DNA of 64,000 nucleotides, from the NCBI GenBank assembly GCA_016926075.1, contig JAFGPG010000069.1:10313-74312 (forward strand). The letters run 5' to 3'. The stretch comes from Methanomassiliicoccales archaeon. Its GTDB lineage: Archaea; Thermoplasmatota; Thermoplasmata; Methanomassiliicoccales; UBA472. Below, piece by piece: positions 31,380-41,550 of this stretch. The number at the start of each line of letters is the position of its first letter. The stretch's first letter is position 1. The position numbers and the translations under genes were made by a program. Below the pieces are notes generated by a model, which had not been told where the DNA came from, made no database searches, and worked only from the letters and a program-made list of their open reading frames with translations.

Positions 31380-32258
31380 TCAGTCCGTTCTGGCCAGTAT
31401 CAGGATGGCCGCCAATATGAGGACCGCCCCCGTTCCCGCCAAGGGGTCCAGGTGCTCTTCCAGCAGGGCCCAGCCCAGGAGCACGGCGAAGGCCGATTCC
31501 AGCATGAGCACGGTGGCCGAGGTGACCACACTGATGTGCCGAAGGGCGCCGGTCCACAGCACCGTGGGCATGGTGGTGCACACCGCACCGATGAAGAGCA
31601 TGGCCGGAAGGACGCTCACCTCCAACCCCCCCTCCATGGGGATGATAGGGACGAGCGCCAGCAGGGTGAGGGGCAGCAACGCGTGCATGCCCAGCGTCCA
31701 TTGGTCCGGCTCCAGGTTGCGCAGCGTCACCCGGGAGAGCACCACCAGCCCCCCGATGCCCGCTGCGGAGAGCAATAGGAGGAGGTTGCCCACCAACTGG
31801 TCGCTTTCCAGGACCAACAGGTCCCAGCGGGTGGTGAGGGTCACCAGTCCCGTAATGGCCAGGGCGACGCCCAGCCCCCTCTTCCACCCCAGCCTCTCCT
31901 TGAAGAACAGTCTGCTGAGGAGGACCACGAAGAGGACATTGGTCCCGATGATGAGTCCGGCGGCCGAGGCGGTGGTCATGGTCATCCCGATATAGGAGGT
32001 GCTCACGACCCAGGTATTGATCAGCGAACCGGTCCAGAACTCCCAGCGCCTGAGCAAGGCCCGGGTCAGGGTGCCCCGCCACCACATCGCTGGGAGGAGC
32101 AGCAGAGAGCCCACCGCGGTCACCCCCGCTCCTAACAGCAGGGGATTGGCCACGCCCACGGCCAGCTTGACCGCCACGTAGGAGGTGCCGAACATCAGGC
32201 TGGCGAGGAGGGTGCTGAGCACCGCCCCGGTCCTCGGTAATACCCTGGTCTTCATCAT
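31380..32258 (-). CDS. DMT/EamA family transporter
   Basis: Ten TMs in two repeats; LFFKERLG, LESAFAVLLGWALLEEHL. Confidence 0.88.
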   Translation of the reverse strand: MMKTRVLPRTGAVLSTLLASLMFGTSYVAVKLAVGVANPLLLGAGVTAVGSLLLLPAMWWRGTLTRALLRRWEFWTGSLINTWVVSTSYIGMTMTTASAAGLIIGTNVLFVVLLSRLFFKERLGWKRGLGVALAITGLVTLTTRWDLLVLESDQLVGNLLLLLSAAGIGGLVVLSRVTLRNLEPDQWTLGMHALLPLTLLALVPIIPMEGGLEVSVLPAMLFIGAVCTTMPTVLWTGALRHISVVTSATVLMLESAFAVLLGWALLEEHLDPLAGTGAVLILAAILILARTD

Positions 32259-32474
32259 GATCACAATGGGGAGAGGTGACAGGCCTCGGGAACCGTTCCC
32301 CGGACATCAACCTTGTGTAGGGAAGGGCGAAAATGATGGGGGTCGAGCATATCCGTGAACGGGCATCGCGATGTGCGCGATCTTCCCGAACAGGATCACC
32401 ACCGAAGCTTCAAGGACCCCCTGCCCTCCGCACCGAAGGTTATTATTGCCCCCTCATGCTGTCATCTCCTTGTC

Positions 32475-33299
32475 ATGTTCAAGAGATTGATGGTACCGGT
32501 GGACCTCTCCCCCCAGTCCTTCCTGATGGTGGAGGTGGCATCGCGTATGTCGCATTACGGGGTGCAAGAGGTGCTGGTCTATTCCCTGGTCCAGGAACCC
32601 TCGAGAAAGGAGAGCATGCTGGAGCTCATGGATTCCAAGCTGAGGGAGGCCGGCATGGACCACCGGCTGCTCGTGGAGACGGGCAGCGACGCCCCCCGGG
32701 CCATCGTGAAGGCCGCCGAGGCCAACGAGGTGGGCATGATCGCCATGGCCGCCTCCGGCAAGGGCCGGGTGCGGGAGTTCTTCGTGGGCAGCACCTCCTT
32801 GGCGGTCATCAGGAGGACCCCTGTCCCGGTCCTGCTGGACAAGTTCCCCCTTGACGCGAACGAGGACCCCGAGGGCTACTGCGAGCGTTGCCCTCCCCTC
32901 CTGGACAGCGTCCTGGTATCCCTGGACCTCTCCAGGGTCTCCCGGCACATGCTTCCCTTCGTGCAGAGCATCATCGATGCGGGTGCCAAACGTGTCACCC
33001 TGTTCCACGTGGTGCAGGCCTCCCGGTACAAGATGGACGACGACCACCGCTTCCGGGAGGTCAGGCGCAAGCTGGACGCCTATCGGAAGAAACTGCGCGC
33101 CGGCGACTGCGCCATCGACCTGCACATACACTTCGGCACCACGACCTATAACATCCTAGAGGTGGCCAGGGAGGTGGAGGCCACGGTCATCGTCATGGGC
33201 ACCACCGGGAAGAGCTATCTACGGGGGGTGACCCTGGGCTCCACCTCCGAGGAGGTGGTGAAGGCCTCCACCCGTCCCGTGCTGCTCATACCGGCCTGA
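32475..33299 (+). CDS. Tandem-domain universal stress protein
   Basis: MFKRLMVPVDLS, FVGSTSLAVIR, MGTTG, LGSTSEEVV; start set at ATG 32475. Confidence 0.88.
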   Translation: MFKRLMVPVDLSPQSFLMVEVASRMSHYGVQEVLVYSLVQEPSRKESMLELMDSKLREAGMDHRLLVETGSDAPRAIVKAAEANEVGMIAMAASGKGRVREFFVGSTSLAVIRRTPVPVLLDKFPLDANEDPEGYCERCPPLLDSVLVSLDLSRVSRHMLPFVQSIIDAGAKRVTLFHVVQASRYKMDDDHRFREVRRKLDAYRKKLRAGDCAIDLHIHFGTTTYNILEVAREVEATVIVMGTTGKSYLRGVTLGSTSEEVVKASTRPVLLIPA

Positions 33300-34169
33300 T
33301 CAGAAAAGCCCCTCGCGCTGGTTGAGGTCCCTGAGGAAGGAACGGAGCTCTTTCCCGTAGACCGGATGCTTCAGGGCCAGCTCGAACTGCGAACGGATCC
33401 ATCCCGGGATGTCCCCGATGTCATAGCGCCGGCCGATGAACTCCCAGGCCAGCAGCCCTTCCCTCTCCCTTAGCAAGCGCAGGGCGTCGGTCAGCTGCAG
33501 CTCCCCGTTGTGACCAGGCTCGATATGCCTGATGCAGTCGAAGATGGCGGGGGTGAGCACATAGGTCCCGGCGATGCACAGGTCGGAGGGCGCCTCCTCG
33601 GGCCGGGGCTTCTCCACCAGGTCCCTTACCTCGTAGAGACGCTCCCCGATGCTGACGGCGTCAAGCACCCCGTAGTCCTTGACCTTGTCAACGGGCACCC
33701 GCTCGGCGGCGATGACCGACAGGCCGGTGCGGGCGTGCACGTCCATGAGCTGTCCGACCACCGGCACCTCGGAGACGTGTATGGTGTCCCCAAGCATGAC
33801 CGCGAAGGGCTGGTCGCCCACGTGCTGCCGCGCCTGGTAGACCGCGTCGGCCAGTCCCCGGGGCTCCTTCTGGCGGATGAAGTGCAGGTTGGCCAGCTCG
33901 CAGAGGTCCTTGATCTTTTGCAGGTGCTCCTGCCGGTTGCCGTTGTTGAGCACCGCCTCCAGCTCGAAGGAGCGGTCGAAGTGGTCCTCGATGGTCCGCT
34001 TGTGCCGACCGGTGATGATCATGATGTCCTCGATGCCCGCACGCACCGCCTCCTCCACCACGTACTGTATGACCGGTTTGTCGATGACCGGCAGCATCTC
34101 CTTGGGCTGTTCCTTGGTGAGAGGGAGGAAGCGCACCCCCCATCCTGCCGCCGGGATGACCGCTTTCAT
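33300..34169 (-). CDS. galU: UTP-glucose-1-phosphate uridylyltransferase
   Basis: KAVIPAAGWGVRFLPLTKEQPKEMLP, LVEKP, ELQLTDA. Confidence 0.94.
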   Translation of the reverse strand: MKAVIPAAGWGVRFLPLTKEQPKEMLPVIDKPVIQYVVEEAVRAGIEDIMIITGRHKRTIEDHFDRSFELEAVLNNGNRQEHLQKIKDLCELANLHFIRQKEPRGLADAVYQARQHVGDQPFAVMLGDTIHVSEVPVVGQLMDVHARTGLSVIAAERVPVDKVKDYGVLDAVSIGERLYEVRDLVEKPRPEEAPSDLCIAGTYVLTPAIFDCIRHIEPGHNGELQLTDALRLLREREGLLAWEFIGRRYDIGDIPGWIRSQFELALKHPVYGKELRSFLRDLNQREGLF

Positions 34170-34172
34170 GAC

Positions 34173-35435
34173 CTACCAGCATATCCCTTCGTAGTTATTA
34201 GTCTTGGTGATGCCCCGGCCGTCCACCACCGGCATCTGCCCGTACAGCCCCGGTTCGGAGAACTCCTGCCACTCGGTGAGGATGAGAGCGGCGTCCGCCC
34301 CCCGCAGGCACTCCTTGACCGAGCCGCAGTAGGTGATCTGAGGGAAGAGGGATCGGAAGTTGGGCATGGCCTGAGGGTCGTACGCTCGTATGTCCGCCCC
34401 CTTGCGCAGCAGCTCCCGCACTACGGTCAGGGCGCTGGCCTCCCGTACGTCGTCCGTGCCGGGCTTGAAGGCCAGTCCCAGCACGGCCACCGTGCTCCCG
34501 TACAGTTCCATCCTCCGCTCCAGCAGCTCCACCACCATCAGGGGCTGGCGCTCGTTGACCGCCAGGGTGGCGTCCAGCATGTCCGTGCCCGCCCCCAGGG
34601 CCCTAGCCTGGGCCCGGATGGAGCGCACGTCCTTGGGGAAGCAGGAGCCGCCGAACCCGCACCCCGCCCGCAGGAAGAGCGGACCGATGCGAGGGTCCAT
34701 GCCCACGCCCCTGGCCACCTCCCTGAAGTCCAGGCCGAGGGCCTTGCTCAGGTTCCCCAGCTCGTTGACCAGTGAGATGCGTGCGGCCAGGAAGGCGTTG
34801 GAGCACATCTTGATCATCTCCGCGGTGGAGGTGTCGGTGCGCAGCACCGGCACCTCCAGAGCCTCGTATAGGGAGAGGACCTCCTCGTAGGTGCGGTCGT
34901 CCTGGGTCCCGATGACCACTCGATCGGGGCTCAGGAAATCGTCCACCGCCACTCCCTCTCTGAGGAACTCGGGGTTCATGGCCACACCCAGGTCCTCCCC
35001 CGGTGTCTTGCCCGAGGCCTTCTGCAGAGCGGGGGCCACCAGGTCCCGGGTGGTGTTGGGGGGCACGGTGCTCTTGACCACCACCACATGCCTCCCCTGC
35101 TTCCCCCGGAGCACCTGGCCAAGGTCCTGGGAGGCCTTCAGCACGTACCTCAGGTCCAGGGAGCCGTCCGCCCGGGAGGGTGTGCCAACGCATATGAAGG
35201 TGATGTCCGTGCCCAGCACATCGTCGTATTCGGTGGTGGCCCGGAACCGCCCCTCGGAGAGGTGGCGGCGGAGCATCCCCTCCAGCCCCTCCTCGTATAT
35301 GGGCGGGTCGCCGTCATTGACGCTCTCCACCTTCTCCCGCACGGTGTCCACGCAGATCACTTCGTGGCCTAGCTCGGCGAAGCAGACGCCGGAGACCAGC
35401 CCCACATATCCGGTACCGATGATCGAGACCCTCAT
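34173..35435 (-). CDS. ugd: UDP-glucose/GDP-mannose dehydrogenase family protein
   Basis: IGTGYVG, VKSTVPP, NPEFLREG, GFGGSCFPKD; start set at ATG 35435. Confidence 0.92.
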   Translation of the reverse strand: MRVSIIGTGYVGLVSGVCFAELGHEVICVDTVREKVESVNDGDPPIYEEGLEGMLRRHLSEGRFRATTEYDDVLGTDITFICVGTPSRADGSLDLRYVLKASQDLGQVLRGKQGRHVVVVKSTVPPNTTRDLVAPALQKASGKTPGEDLGVAMNPEFLREGVAVDDFLSPDRVVIGTQDDRTYEEVLSLYEALEVPVLRTDTSTAEMIKMCSNAFLAARISLVNELGNLSKALGLDFREVARGVGMDPRIGPLFLRAGCGFGGSCFPKDVRSIRAQARALGAGTDMLDATLAVNERQPLMVVELLERRMELYGSTVAVLGLAFKPGTDDVREASALTVVRELLRKGADIRAYDPQAMPNFRSLFPQITYCGSVKECLRGADAALILTEWQEFSEPGLYGQMPVVDGRGITKTNNYEGICW

Positions 35436-35543
35436 CAGAGCACCATCCGGCATCCAATGTCCGTGGGATATTTAAGTTAAGCTGCGTCCGCCCCCGGCCT
35501 GACCGTTCCCCGACCCACTCATCCCTTCTCCCGCCCCGATGCC

Positions 35544-36773
35544 CTATCTCCCCCTCTCCTTATCCGGCTCGGAGGGAAAGCCCCCTTCCGCTGGGGCCGC
35601 TCCAGATCCTTCGGGCTCCTCGGAGGCCTCCCTGACCTCCGCTCCAGTTCCCTTTGGGCTCGTTCCCTCGGGCCCTGTTCCAGAAGGTTCGGGGGCTGCT
35701 GGCGTGCCAGCCGGGGCCGCTTCCGTTCCCCTCGAGAACTTGACCCTCTTCCCAGGCAGCTCCTTCGGGAACCCCCCCTCCCTCCATTCCCTGCGGTGGA
35801 GGAGCAGCTCCAGGACGTAGTACACGCCCCACAGTGCGATGCCGAAAATAAGGATCAGGAGCAGGGCCGAGTAGTCCAGCGAGAGGCCGAAGCCCTCCTC
35901 GGCCTCCAACACGAACCGCCCCTCCATTCCCAACATCCATATCCAGTATATACTGAGCAGCACGATGGCCAGGGCGGGCAGGAGGCGGGAGAAGGAACCC
36001 TTGGGGTAGAATCCCTTGAAGAAGGAGAGGGCGGTGATGGGCAATCCAAGTAGAAGGAGGAACATGGCCACTGTGTCCAGCCTGGACAGCATCTCCCCCA
36101 TCGCCTCCGCCTCGAAGTCCTCCAAGATGGCTCTCACCACGATGATCATGGCCATGGGAATGACGACGTAACCGAGCAGGGCACCGCGGGACAGCTTGAG
36201 GCCCTTGTACAAGCTACCGTATCGTGCCCGGAAGTCATGATACCAGCGATGCCCCCGGGGGTCCTCCCTCTCCCTGGGGACCAGCTTCTGGCCGGCCTCC
36301 AGCCAGGGCCGGCGATGGTCCACGAACTCGCCCAGCTGCAGGAACACGGTGAATATGGCCAGGACGAAGTAGAGGACGAAGAGAAGCTCCAGGTCCACCT
36401 CGAAGGCCTCCCGGGAAATGGCCGTCTGCAGCCTTCCGCCCAGCAGCAGGCTGAAGATGTAGAGGATGGTGATGACCGCGATGGCAGTCCCCATGGTCAG
36501 ACGGGAGTAGCTGCCCTTGGGATAGACGCCCTTGAAGAAGCCCAGGACGGTCAGCGTCAGACCGAAGGCCAGCACCAGGAACTGCATCTCGGCCACCAGG
36601 TCCCGCAGTTGCTGCGCCCCCTCCCCCCGGTCCAATGCCGTCAGGACCAGTAGGACCAGGGCCAGGGGCAGCACCAGGTACTTCAGGAGATGCAGGACCG
36701 CCGAAAACACGCCCTTGCGCACATCGGCGTACCTCCAGTCGAACTCCCCCGCGTTCACCACGGGGACCACCAC
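35544..36773 (-). CDS. Hypothetical multi-pass membrane protein with an internal duplication and a low-complexity tail
   Basis: About 8 TMs; FFKGVYPKGSYSRL repeated as FFKGFYPKGSFSRL; E/G/P/A-rich C-terminus. Confidence 0.75.
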   Translation of the reverse strand: MVVPVVNAGEFDWRYADVRKGVFSAVLHLLKYLVLPLALVLLVLTALDRGEGAQQLRDLVAEMQFLVLAFGLTLTVLGFFKGVYPKGSYSRLTMGTAIAVITILYIFSLLLGGRLQTAISREAFEVDLELLFVLYFVLAIFTVFLQLGEFVDHRRPWLEAGQKLVPREREDPRGHRWYHDFRARYGSLYKGLKLSRGALLGYVVIPMAMIIVVRAILEDFEAEAMGEMLSRLDTVAMFLLLLGLPITALSFFKGFYPKGSFSRLLPALAIVLLSIYWIWMLGMEGRFVLEAEEGFGLSLDYSALLLILIFGIALWGVYYVLELLLHRREWREGGFPKELPGKRVKFSRGTEAAPAGTPAAPEPSGTGPEGTSPKGTGAEVREASEEPEGSGAAPAEGGFPSEPDKERGR

Positions 36774-37576
36774 CAGTTCTCCTGCACCGTGTCGGTGCAG
36801 TCCAGGAAGGTGAGGGAAAGGGTGGCGTTCAGCTCCTCCCCCGTCATCGTCAACCGGTCGTAGGTCTCCTGCGGGATGGGCACGTACGCCTCCCTATTTA
36901 CGAAGTCGTTGGCCCCCACCAGCTCCTGGAACTCCCCCTGATAGCCGTAGGAATCGGAGAAGGTGACGGTCACCAGCACAGGCTCTCCCTGCACCCACCC
37001 TCGGGAGAAGAAGGAGTAGGGGATGCGCATGGAGCATTGCGCCCCGTCATAGTAGGGGGCGGCCTCCTCGGTCCACAGGTCCAGGTCGACGAGCATGGCC
37101 TCCCATTCCATGTCGGAGACGATGTCCGCGCCGAACCTGATGAGGTCCATGGTATATCGTGCGGAGATGGAGATGCTGAGGTCCATGGATGTCCCCTCGA
37201 AGACCATCTCCCTCAGCGTCTCCAAGGGGAGGTCGTCCAGGTCAAGCTCTATATCCACCTGAAGTTCGGTCTCCCGCCCCGCGGGGGCGCTCATGGGCCC
37301 GCCGTAGCTCTCGATCAGCGTCCCGCCCCCCTGGTCGCGCATCTCGATATCGACGGTCACCCCGTTGATGTCGAAGAAGCCCCTGTTGTCCACGGTGAAG
37401 GGGGCGGTCAGGCGCAGCGAGCCGTCCTCATAGGCCCACTCGATATCCTCTTCCGACCCCAATCCCAAATGGAGGTTACCCATGATGAGAGGCAGGATGC
37501 TCAGGACAACGATCAACGCCACAAGCAGTTTAATGGCCACTATGGCGATGCGCGTGACCACCAGGGGCATCTTCAT
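36755..37576 (-). CDS. Hypothetical membrane-anchored acidic protein (possibly LEA/WHy-like beta-sandwich)
   Basis: One N-terminal TM, then TVDNRGFFDINGVTVDI-type strands; coding-like GC3. Confidence 0.6.
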   Translation of the reverse strand: MKMPLVVTRIAIVAIKLLVALIVVLSILPLIMGNLHLGLGSEEDIEWAYEDGSLRLTAPFTVDNRGFFDINGVTVDIEMRDQGGGTLIESYGGPMSAPAGRETELQVDIELDLDDLPLETLREMVFEGTSMDLSISISARYTMDLIRFGADIVSDMEWEAMLVDLDLWTEEAAPYYDGAQCSMRIPYSFFSRGWVQGEPVLVTVTFSDSYGYQGEFQELVGANDFVNREAYVPIPQETYDRLTMTGEELNATLSLTFLDCTDTVQENWWWSPW

Positions 37577-37672
37577 GGGGGGGCCTATTTAATTTCTCGC
37601 TTAAGAATTTATCCGTATGCTGGAAGGAGTCAGGGGGTAGAATTAAGCGCTCCCACGGTCCTTATCCTTGTC

Positions 37673-38167
37673 GTGAGCGAGATCAGGGTGAGGAAGCGCA
37701 AACGGCTTCGCGAGAAGGAGCTAAGAGCCTTAACTGAGACCCTCGAGGCCTCCACCGGAGTAGAGATCCTCTCCCCCAAGGACGTGGTGGACATCGCCGA
37801 GGGTCCGGACTGCGAACTGATCTTCGTGAACAACGTCATCGAGGGCATCATCCTGGAGGGGAAGCCCTTCCTCACCGTGCGCGGGCTGCTCCGGCACCAG
37901 GCCACCAAGCGCTACGTCACCGTGGACATGGGGGCGGTGCCCTATGTCACCAACGGGGCGGACGTCATGTGCCCGGGCATCGTGGAGGTGGACCCCGAGG
38001 TCAGGGAGGGGGACATGGTGTGGATCAGGGACGTGACCCACAGGCGCCCCCTGGCCATAGGCAGGGCACTGGTCCCCGCCGAGGCCATGGCCGCCAAGGC
38101 CCCGGGGAAGGCCATCAAGAACCTGCAGTACGTGGGGGACCGCATCTGGAAGTACGATGAGCGATAG
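37673..38167 (+). CDS. PUA-domain RNA-binding protein (pre-PUA/PUA, MCTS1-like)
   Basis: VTVDMGAVPYVTNGADVMCPGI, YVGDRIW; start set at GTG 37673. Confidence 0.88.
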   Translation: MSEIRVRKRKRLREKELRALTETLEASTGVEILSPKDVVDIAEGPDCELIFVNNVIEGIILEGKPFLTVRGLLRHQATKRYVTVDMGAVPYVTNGADVMCPGIVEVDPEVREGDMVWIRDVTHRRPLAIGRALVPAEAMAAKAPGKAIKNLQYVGDRIWKYDER

Positions 38168-38245
38168 GCGGGTTGTAAAAAGCAAGCTGGGTGGCGATAC
38201 CTTAATAACGATAACAGGCCATTACTCTGCCATCCGAGGGATGCA

Positions 38246-38623
38246 ATGCCAATTCTCAAGAAACCGCTGGGAAAGGGTAAGGAGGATGTCAAGAGCGTGG
38301 AGACCGACCAGTACATCGACCTTGGCGCACTGTACTTCCAGGAGGAGAGCAGCATCTCCGCCGCAGGGATCAAGATTGCCGAGATCTATCGATACGAGGA
38401 CGTGGGCCCTATCACCCAGCCGGTGTACCAGGGCAACATCCTGATGATCGACTTCTCCCCCATAGCCAACGACCAGAACACCCTCAAGCGCATCACCAAT
38501 GAGCTTAAGTCAGTGGCCCGCGACACCAACGGCGACGTGGCGGCCATCGGCAACAACTTCATCGTGGTGGCCCCCAACGGCATTCGCATCGACCGGAAGA
38601 AGATCAAGGGCGGTTACCAATGA
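38246..38623 (+). CDS. sepF: Cell division protein SepF
   Basis: YIDL, VYQGNILMIDF, GDVAAIGNNFIVVAPNGIRIDR match the archaeal SepF pattern. Confidence 0.82.
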   Translation: MPILKKPLGKGKEDVKSVETDQYIDLGALYFQEESSISAAGIKIAEIYRYEDVGPITQPVYQGNILMIDFSPIANDQNTLKRITNELKSVARDTNGDVAAIGNNFIVVAPNGIRIDRKKIKGGYQ

Positions 38624-38662
38624 TGCCGCGCCCCCCGGCGGGGCCAACTCACCCTTTTTAAC

Positions 38663-39982
38663 ATGTCCGCACCCGAGCAGAAGACCATACACGACAGCGT
38701 GCACGGTTCGGTGAGGGTGCAAGGGATATTCCTCAAGCTGCTGCATCGTCCGGAGATGCAGAGGCTGCACGGGATCAAGCAGTTAGGCCTGGCCCATCTG
38801 GTCTTCCCAGGCGCCAACCACACCCGTTTCGAGCATTCCCTGGGCACGTACCATGTGGCCGACCTCATGTGCCAGGCCCTGGGGCTGGAGGAGGAGGAGC
38901 GACGGCTGGCCCTGGCCGCGGCCCTGCTTCACGACCTGGGCCACGCCCCCTTCTCCCATACTCTGGAAGAGGTGCTGGAGAACCGCTTCTCCATGGACCA
39001 TATGAGCTTGGGGACCTCCCTGATCAACGGTGAGAGGAAGGTCTACCGTGAGGAGGAGGCGGAACATCTTGGAGGGATGCCCTCCATCGACGCCATGCTG
39101 GAAGAGGCGGGGATCCCCTCCCGAAGGGTCTGCGACATCATCGTCTCCCCCGGGCATGTTGGTCACCGGGGACAGAGCCTGCTCACCGACCACGGCCAGG
39201 CGCACTTCAATGGCCAGGAGTACCTGCACCAGATGCTTCACGGCCCGGTGGACGCCGACCAGATGGACTATCTGCTGCGGGACGCGTACTACACCGGCGT
39301 GGCCCACGGGACCATCGACATGGACCGCATCATGCAGACCATAGAGCTGCACCACGGGGACGTGGTGGTCAGGAAGGGGGGCATGGTGGCAGCGGAGGGG
39401 CTCATGGTGGCCCGGGCCCTCATGTACACCTCGGTGTACTTCCACAAGACGGTGCGTATCGCGGAGATGATGCTGTGCAAGGCCTTGGAGCTGGCCGATG
39501 ACAGCGTGGCCGAGCAGCTTCAGCAGGAGAACGACGCCTCCCTGGGGGAGAGGCTGCTGCGGCAGGGTGGAAGGACCCAGCGTCTGATGACCATGCTGAA
39601 GTACCGGCAGCTCTACAAGCGCGCACATTCCAAGTACATCCCTGACCTCACCGATCAGGAGGTGGAGGCCCTGGTCCGCCTCACCGACTACCGCCGACGC
39701 AAGGCCGTAGAGGAGATGATCGCCGACCGGGCGGGTGTGGACGTCTCCGAGGTCATCCTGGACGTGCCTCACCGGGAGCTCATCACAGGCGAGGCCCAGC
39801 TGGGAAAGACCGAGGTGCCCATACTCAACGAGGGCAAGGTGCGTCCTCTGACCCGCCTGAGCCCGATCAGTAGGGCATTGCAGTCCCGAGGGGTGCACGA
39901 CTGGGCGGTAATGGTGTCATGTCCGGCCCGGCACGTGGAGAGGGTGGAGAGGGCCGCGGTGCACACCTTGGCCGACCTTTAG
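38663..39982 (+). CDS. HD-domain phosphohydrolase (dNTPase/SAMHD1-like)
   Basis: QRLHGIKQLG, HTRFEHSLG, LHDLGHAPFSH, DADQMDYLLRD. Confidence 0.9.
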   Translation: MSAPEQKTIHDSVHGSVRVQGIFLKLLHRPEMQRLHGIKQLGLAHLVFPGANHTRFEHSLGTYHVADLMCQALGLEEEERRLALAAALLHDLGHAPFSHTLEEVLENRFSMDHMSLGTSLINGERKVYREEEAEHLGGMPSIDAMLEEAGIPSRRVCDIIVSPGHVGHRGQSLLTDHGQAHFNGQEYLHQMLHGPVDADQMDYLLRDAYYTGVAHGTIDMDRIMQTIELHHGDVVVRKGGMVAAEGLMVARALMYTSVYFHKTVRIAEMMLCKALELADDSVAEQLQQENDASLGERLLRQGGRTQRLMTMLKYRQLYKRAHSKYIPDLTDQEVEALVRLTDYRRRKAVEEMIADRAGVDVSEVILDVPHRELITGEAQLGKTEVPILNEGKVRPLTRLSPISRALQSRGVHDWAVMVSCPARHVERVERAAVHTLADL

Positions 39983-41439
39983 CCCTTCATCACGCCCAGG
40001 GGGGTCAACCTGGCCACGGGACGGGAGAGCCCGGCGCCCACCACCACCCTGATCACGTCGTCGATGGCCTTGTAGGCCCCCGGGGCCTCCTCCTGTATGC
40101 CGTCCCTGGTGCTGCCCTTGAGGTAGATGCCCTTCCCCTCCAGCTCCTGGGTGACCTGTTTCACCGAATAGGAGCGTATGGCCGCCTCGCGGGACATGAC
40201 CCGGCCGGCGCCGTGGCAGGTGGAGCCGAAGGATTCCGCCAACGCGCCCTCCGTGCCCACCAGGACGTACGAGCCGTGACTCATGTTCCCCGGGATGAGC
40301 ACCGGCTGTCCTACGGAACGGTAGATGGCAGGGACATCCGGATGGTCCTTGGGGAAGGCCCTGGTGGCCCCTTTGCGATGCACGTACACCTTACGGCGCC
40401 TCCCCTCGACCGTATGTTCCTCCACCTTGGCGATGTTGTGCGCCACGTCATATACCAGGTCCATGCCCATGTCCTCCGCTCGGCGGGAGAAGACCCTCTC
40501 GAAGGACTGACGCACCATATGCATGATCATCTGCCGGTTGGCCCAGGCGTAGTTGGCGCCGCAGGCCATGGCCGCAAAGTAGTCCCGGCCCTCCTGGGAG
40601 CGCACCGGGGCGCAGGCAAGTTGCCGGTCCGGGAGGCGCAGCGACCTTTCCCTCACCGAACGTTCCATGACCCGCAGGTAGTCCGTGGCTATCTGATGCC
40701 CGCAACCGCGCGATCCGCAGTGTATGGAGACGGTGACCTGCCCCTCCTCCACCAGCCCGAAGGTCTTGGCCGCCTCCTGGTCGAAGATGCTCTCCACCCG
40801 GTCCACCTCCAGGAAGTGGTTGCCGGAACCCAGGGAGCCCACCTGGGGCACCCCACGCTGCTTGGCCTTCTGCGAGACCTTGGAGGGGTCGGCGACGTCC
40901 ATGCGCCCCTCCTCCTCTGTGCGCACCAGGTCCTCCGCCCAGCCGTAGCCCTCGGCCACCGCCCACTCCGCGCCCTCCTCCAGGATACGATCGATATGGC
41001 CACTGGCCAGGTCCACCACCCCCTTGGAGCCCACCCCCGCGGGCACGTTACGGAAGAGGAGATCGATGAGCTCCCTTATCCGCGGGGACACCTCCTCCTC
41101 CCGTAGGTTGGTGGTGAGAAGGCGGACCCCGCAGTTGATGTCGAAGCCGATGCCCCCCGGGGATATGACCCCCTCCTCGGCGTCCATGGCTGCCACACCG
41201 CCTATGGGAAAACCGTAGCCCCAGTGTATATCGGGCATGGCCAGGGAATTGCCCACCAGACCGGGAAGGCAGGCCACATTGGCCGCCTGCTCCGGTGAGT
41301 TGTCGGAGACGATGGTCCCGATCATCCTCTGGTCGGCGAAGATGATGGCGTCCGTGTTCATGCACTCCTTGTAGGAGCGGGGTATCCTCCATCGGTAGTC
41401 GTCAACCTTCTCCAATGTCCCTTTCCAGCTCATGTCCAT
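39979..41439 (-). CDS. rtcB: tRNA-splicing ligase RtcB
   Basis: MPDIHWGYGFPIGGV, DINCG, GSGNHFLE, HRKGATRAF, STCHGAGR; no intein. Confidence 0.96.
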   Translation of the reverse strand: MDMSWKGTLEKVDDYRWRIPRSYKECMNTDAIIFADQRMIGTIVSDNSPEQAANVACLPGLVGNSLAMPDIHWGYGFPIGGVAAMDAEEGVISPGGIGFDINCGVRLLTTNLREEEVSPRIRELIDLLFRNVPAGVGSKGVVDLASGHIDRILEEGAEWAVAEGYGWAEDLVRTEEEGRMDVADPSKVSQKAKQRGVPQVGSLGSGNHFLEVDRVESIFDQEAAKTFGLVEEGQVTVSIHCGSRGCGHQIATDYLRVMERSVRERSLRLPDRQLACAPVRSQEGRDYFAAMACGANYAWANRQMIMHMVRQSFERVFSRRAEDMGMDLVYDVAHNIAKVEEHTVEGRRRKVYVHRKGATRAFPKDHPDVPAIYRSVGQPVLIPGNMSHGSYVLVGTEGALAESFGSTCHGAGRVMSREAAIRSYSVKQVTQELEGKGIYLKGSTRDGIQEEAPGAYKAIDDVIRVVVGAGLSRPVARLTPLGVMKG

Positions 41440-41550
41440 CACGTCCCACGGCGACCGATGCAGCTTCCCTGATATATAGGAAACCTCCGGTCCGTTCCCA
41501 AGGGTGATAATGGGACCTCATCCTTAATACTCGTGGGTAGACCTTCCACC

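Noticed and set aside
38663..41439. HD hydrolase plus RtcB as an antiviral defence pair
   Set aside because: Both look like ordinary archaeal housekeeping orthologs, are convergent and lack defence-island context.
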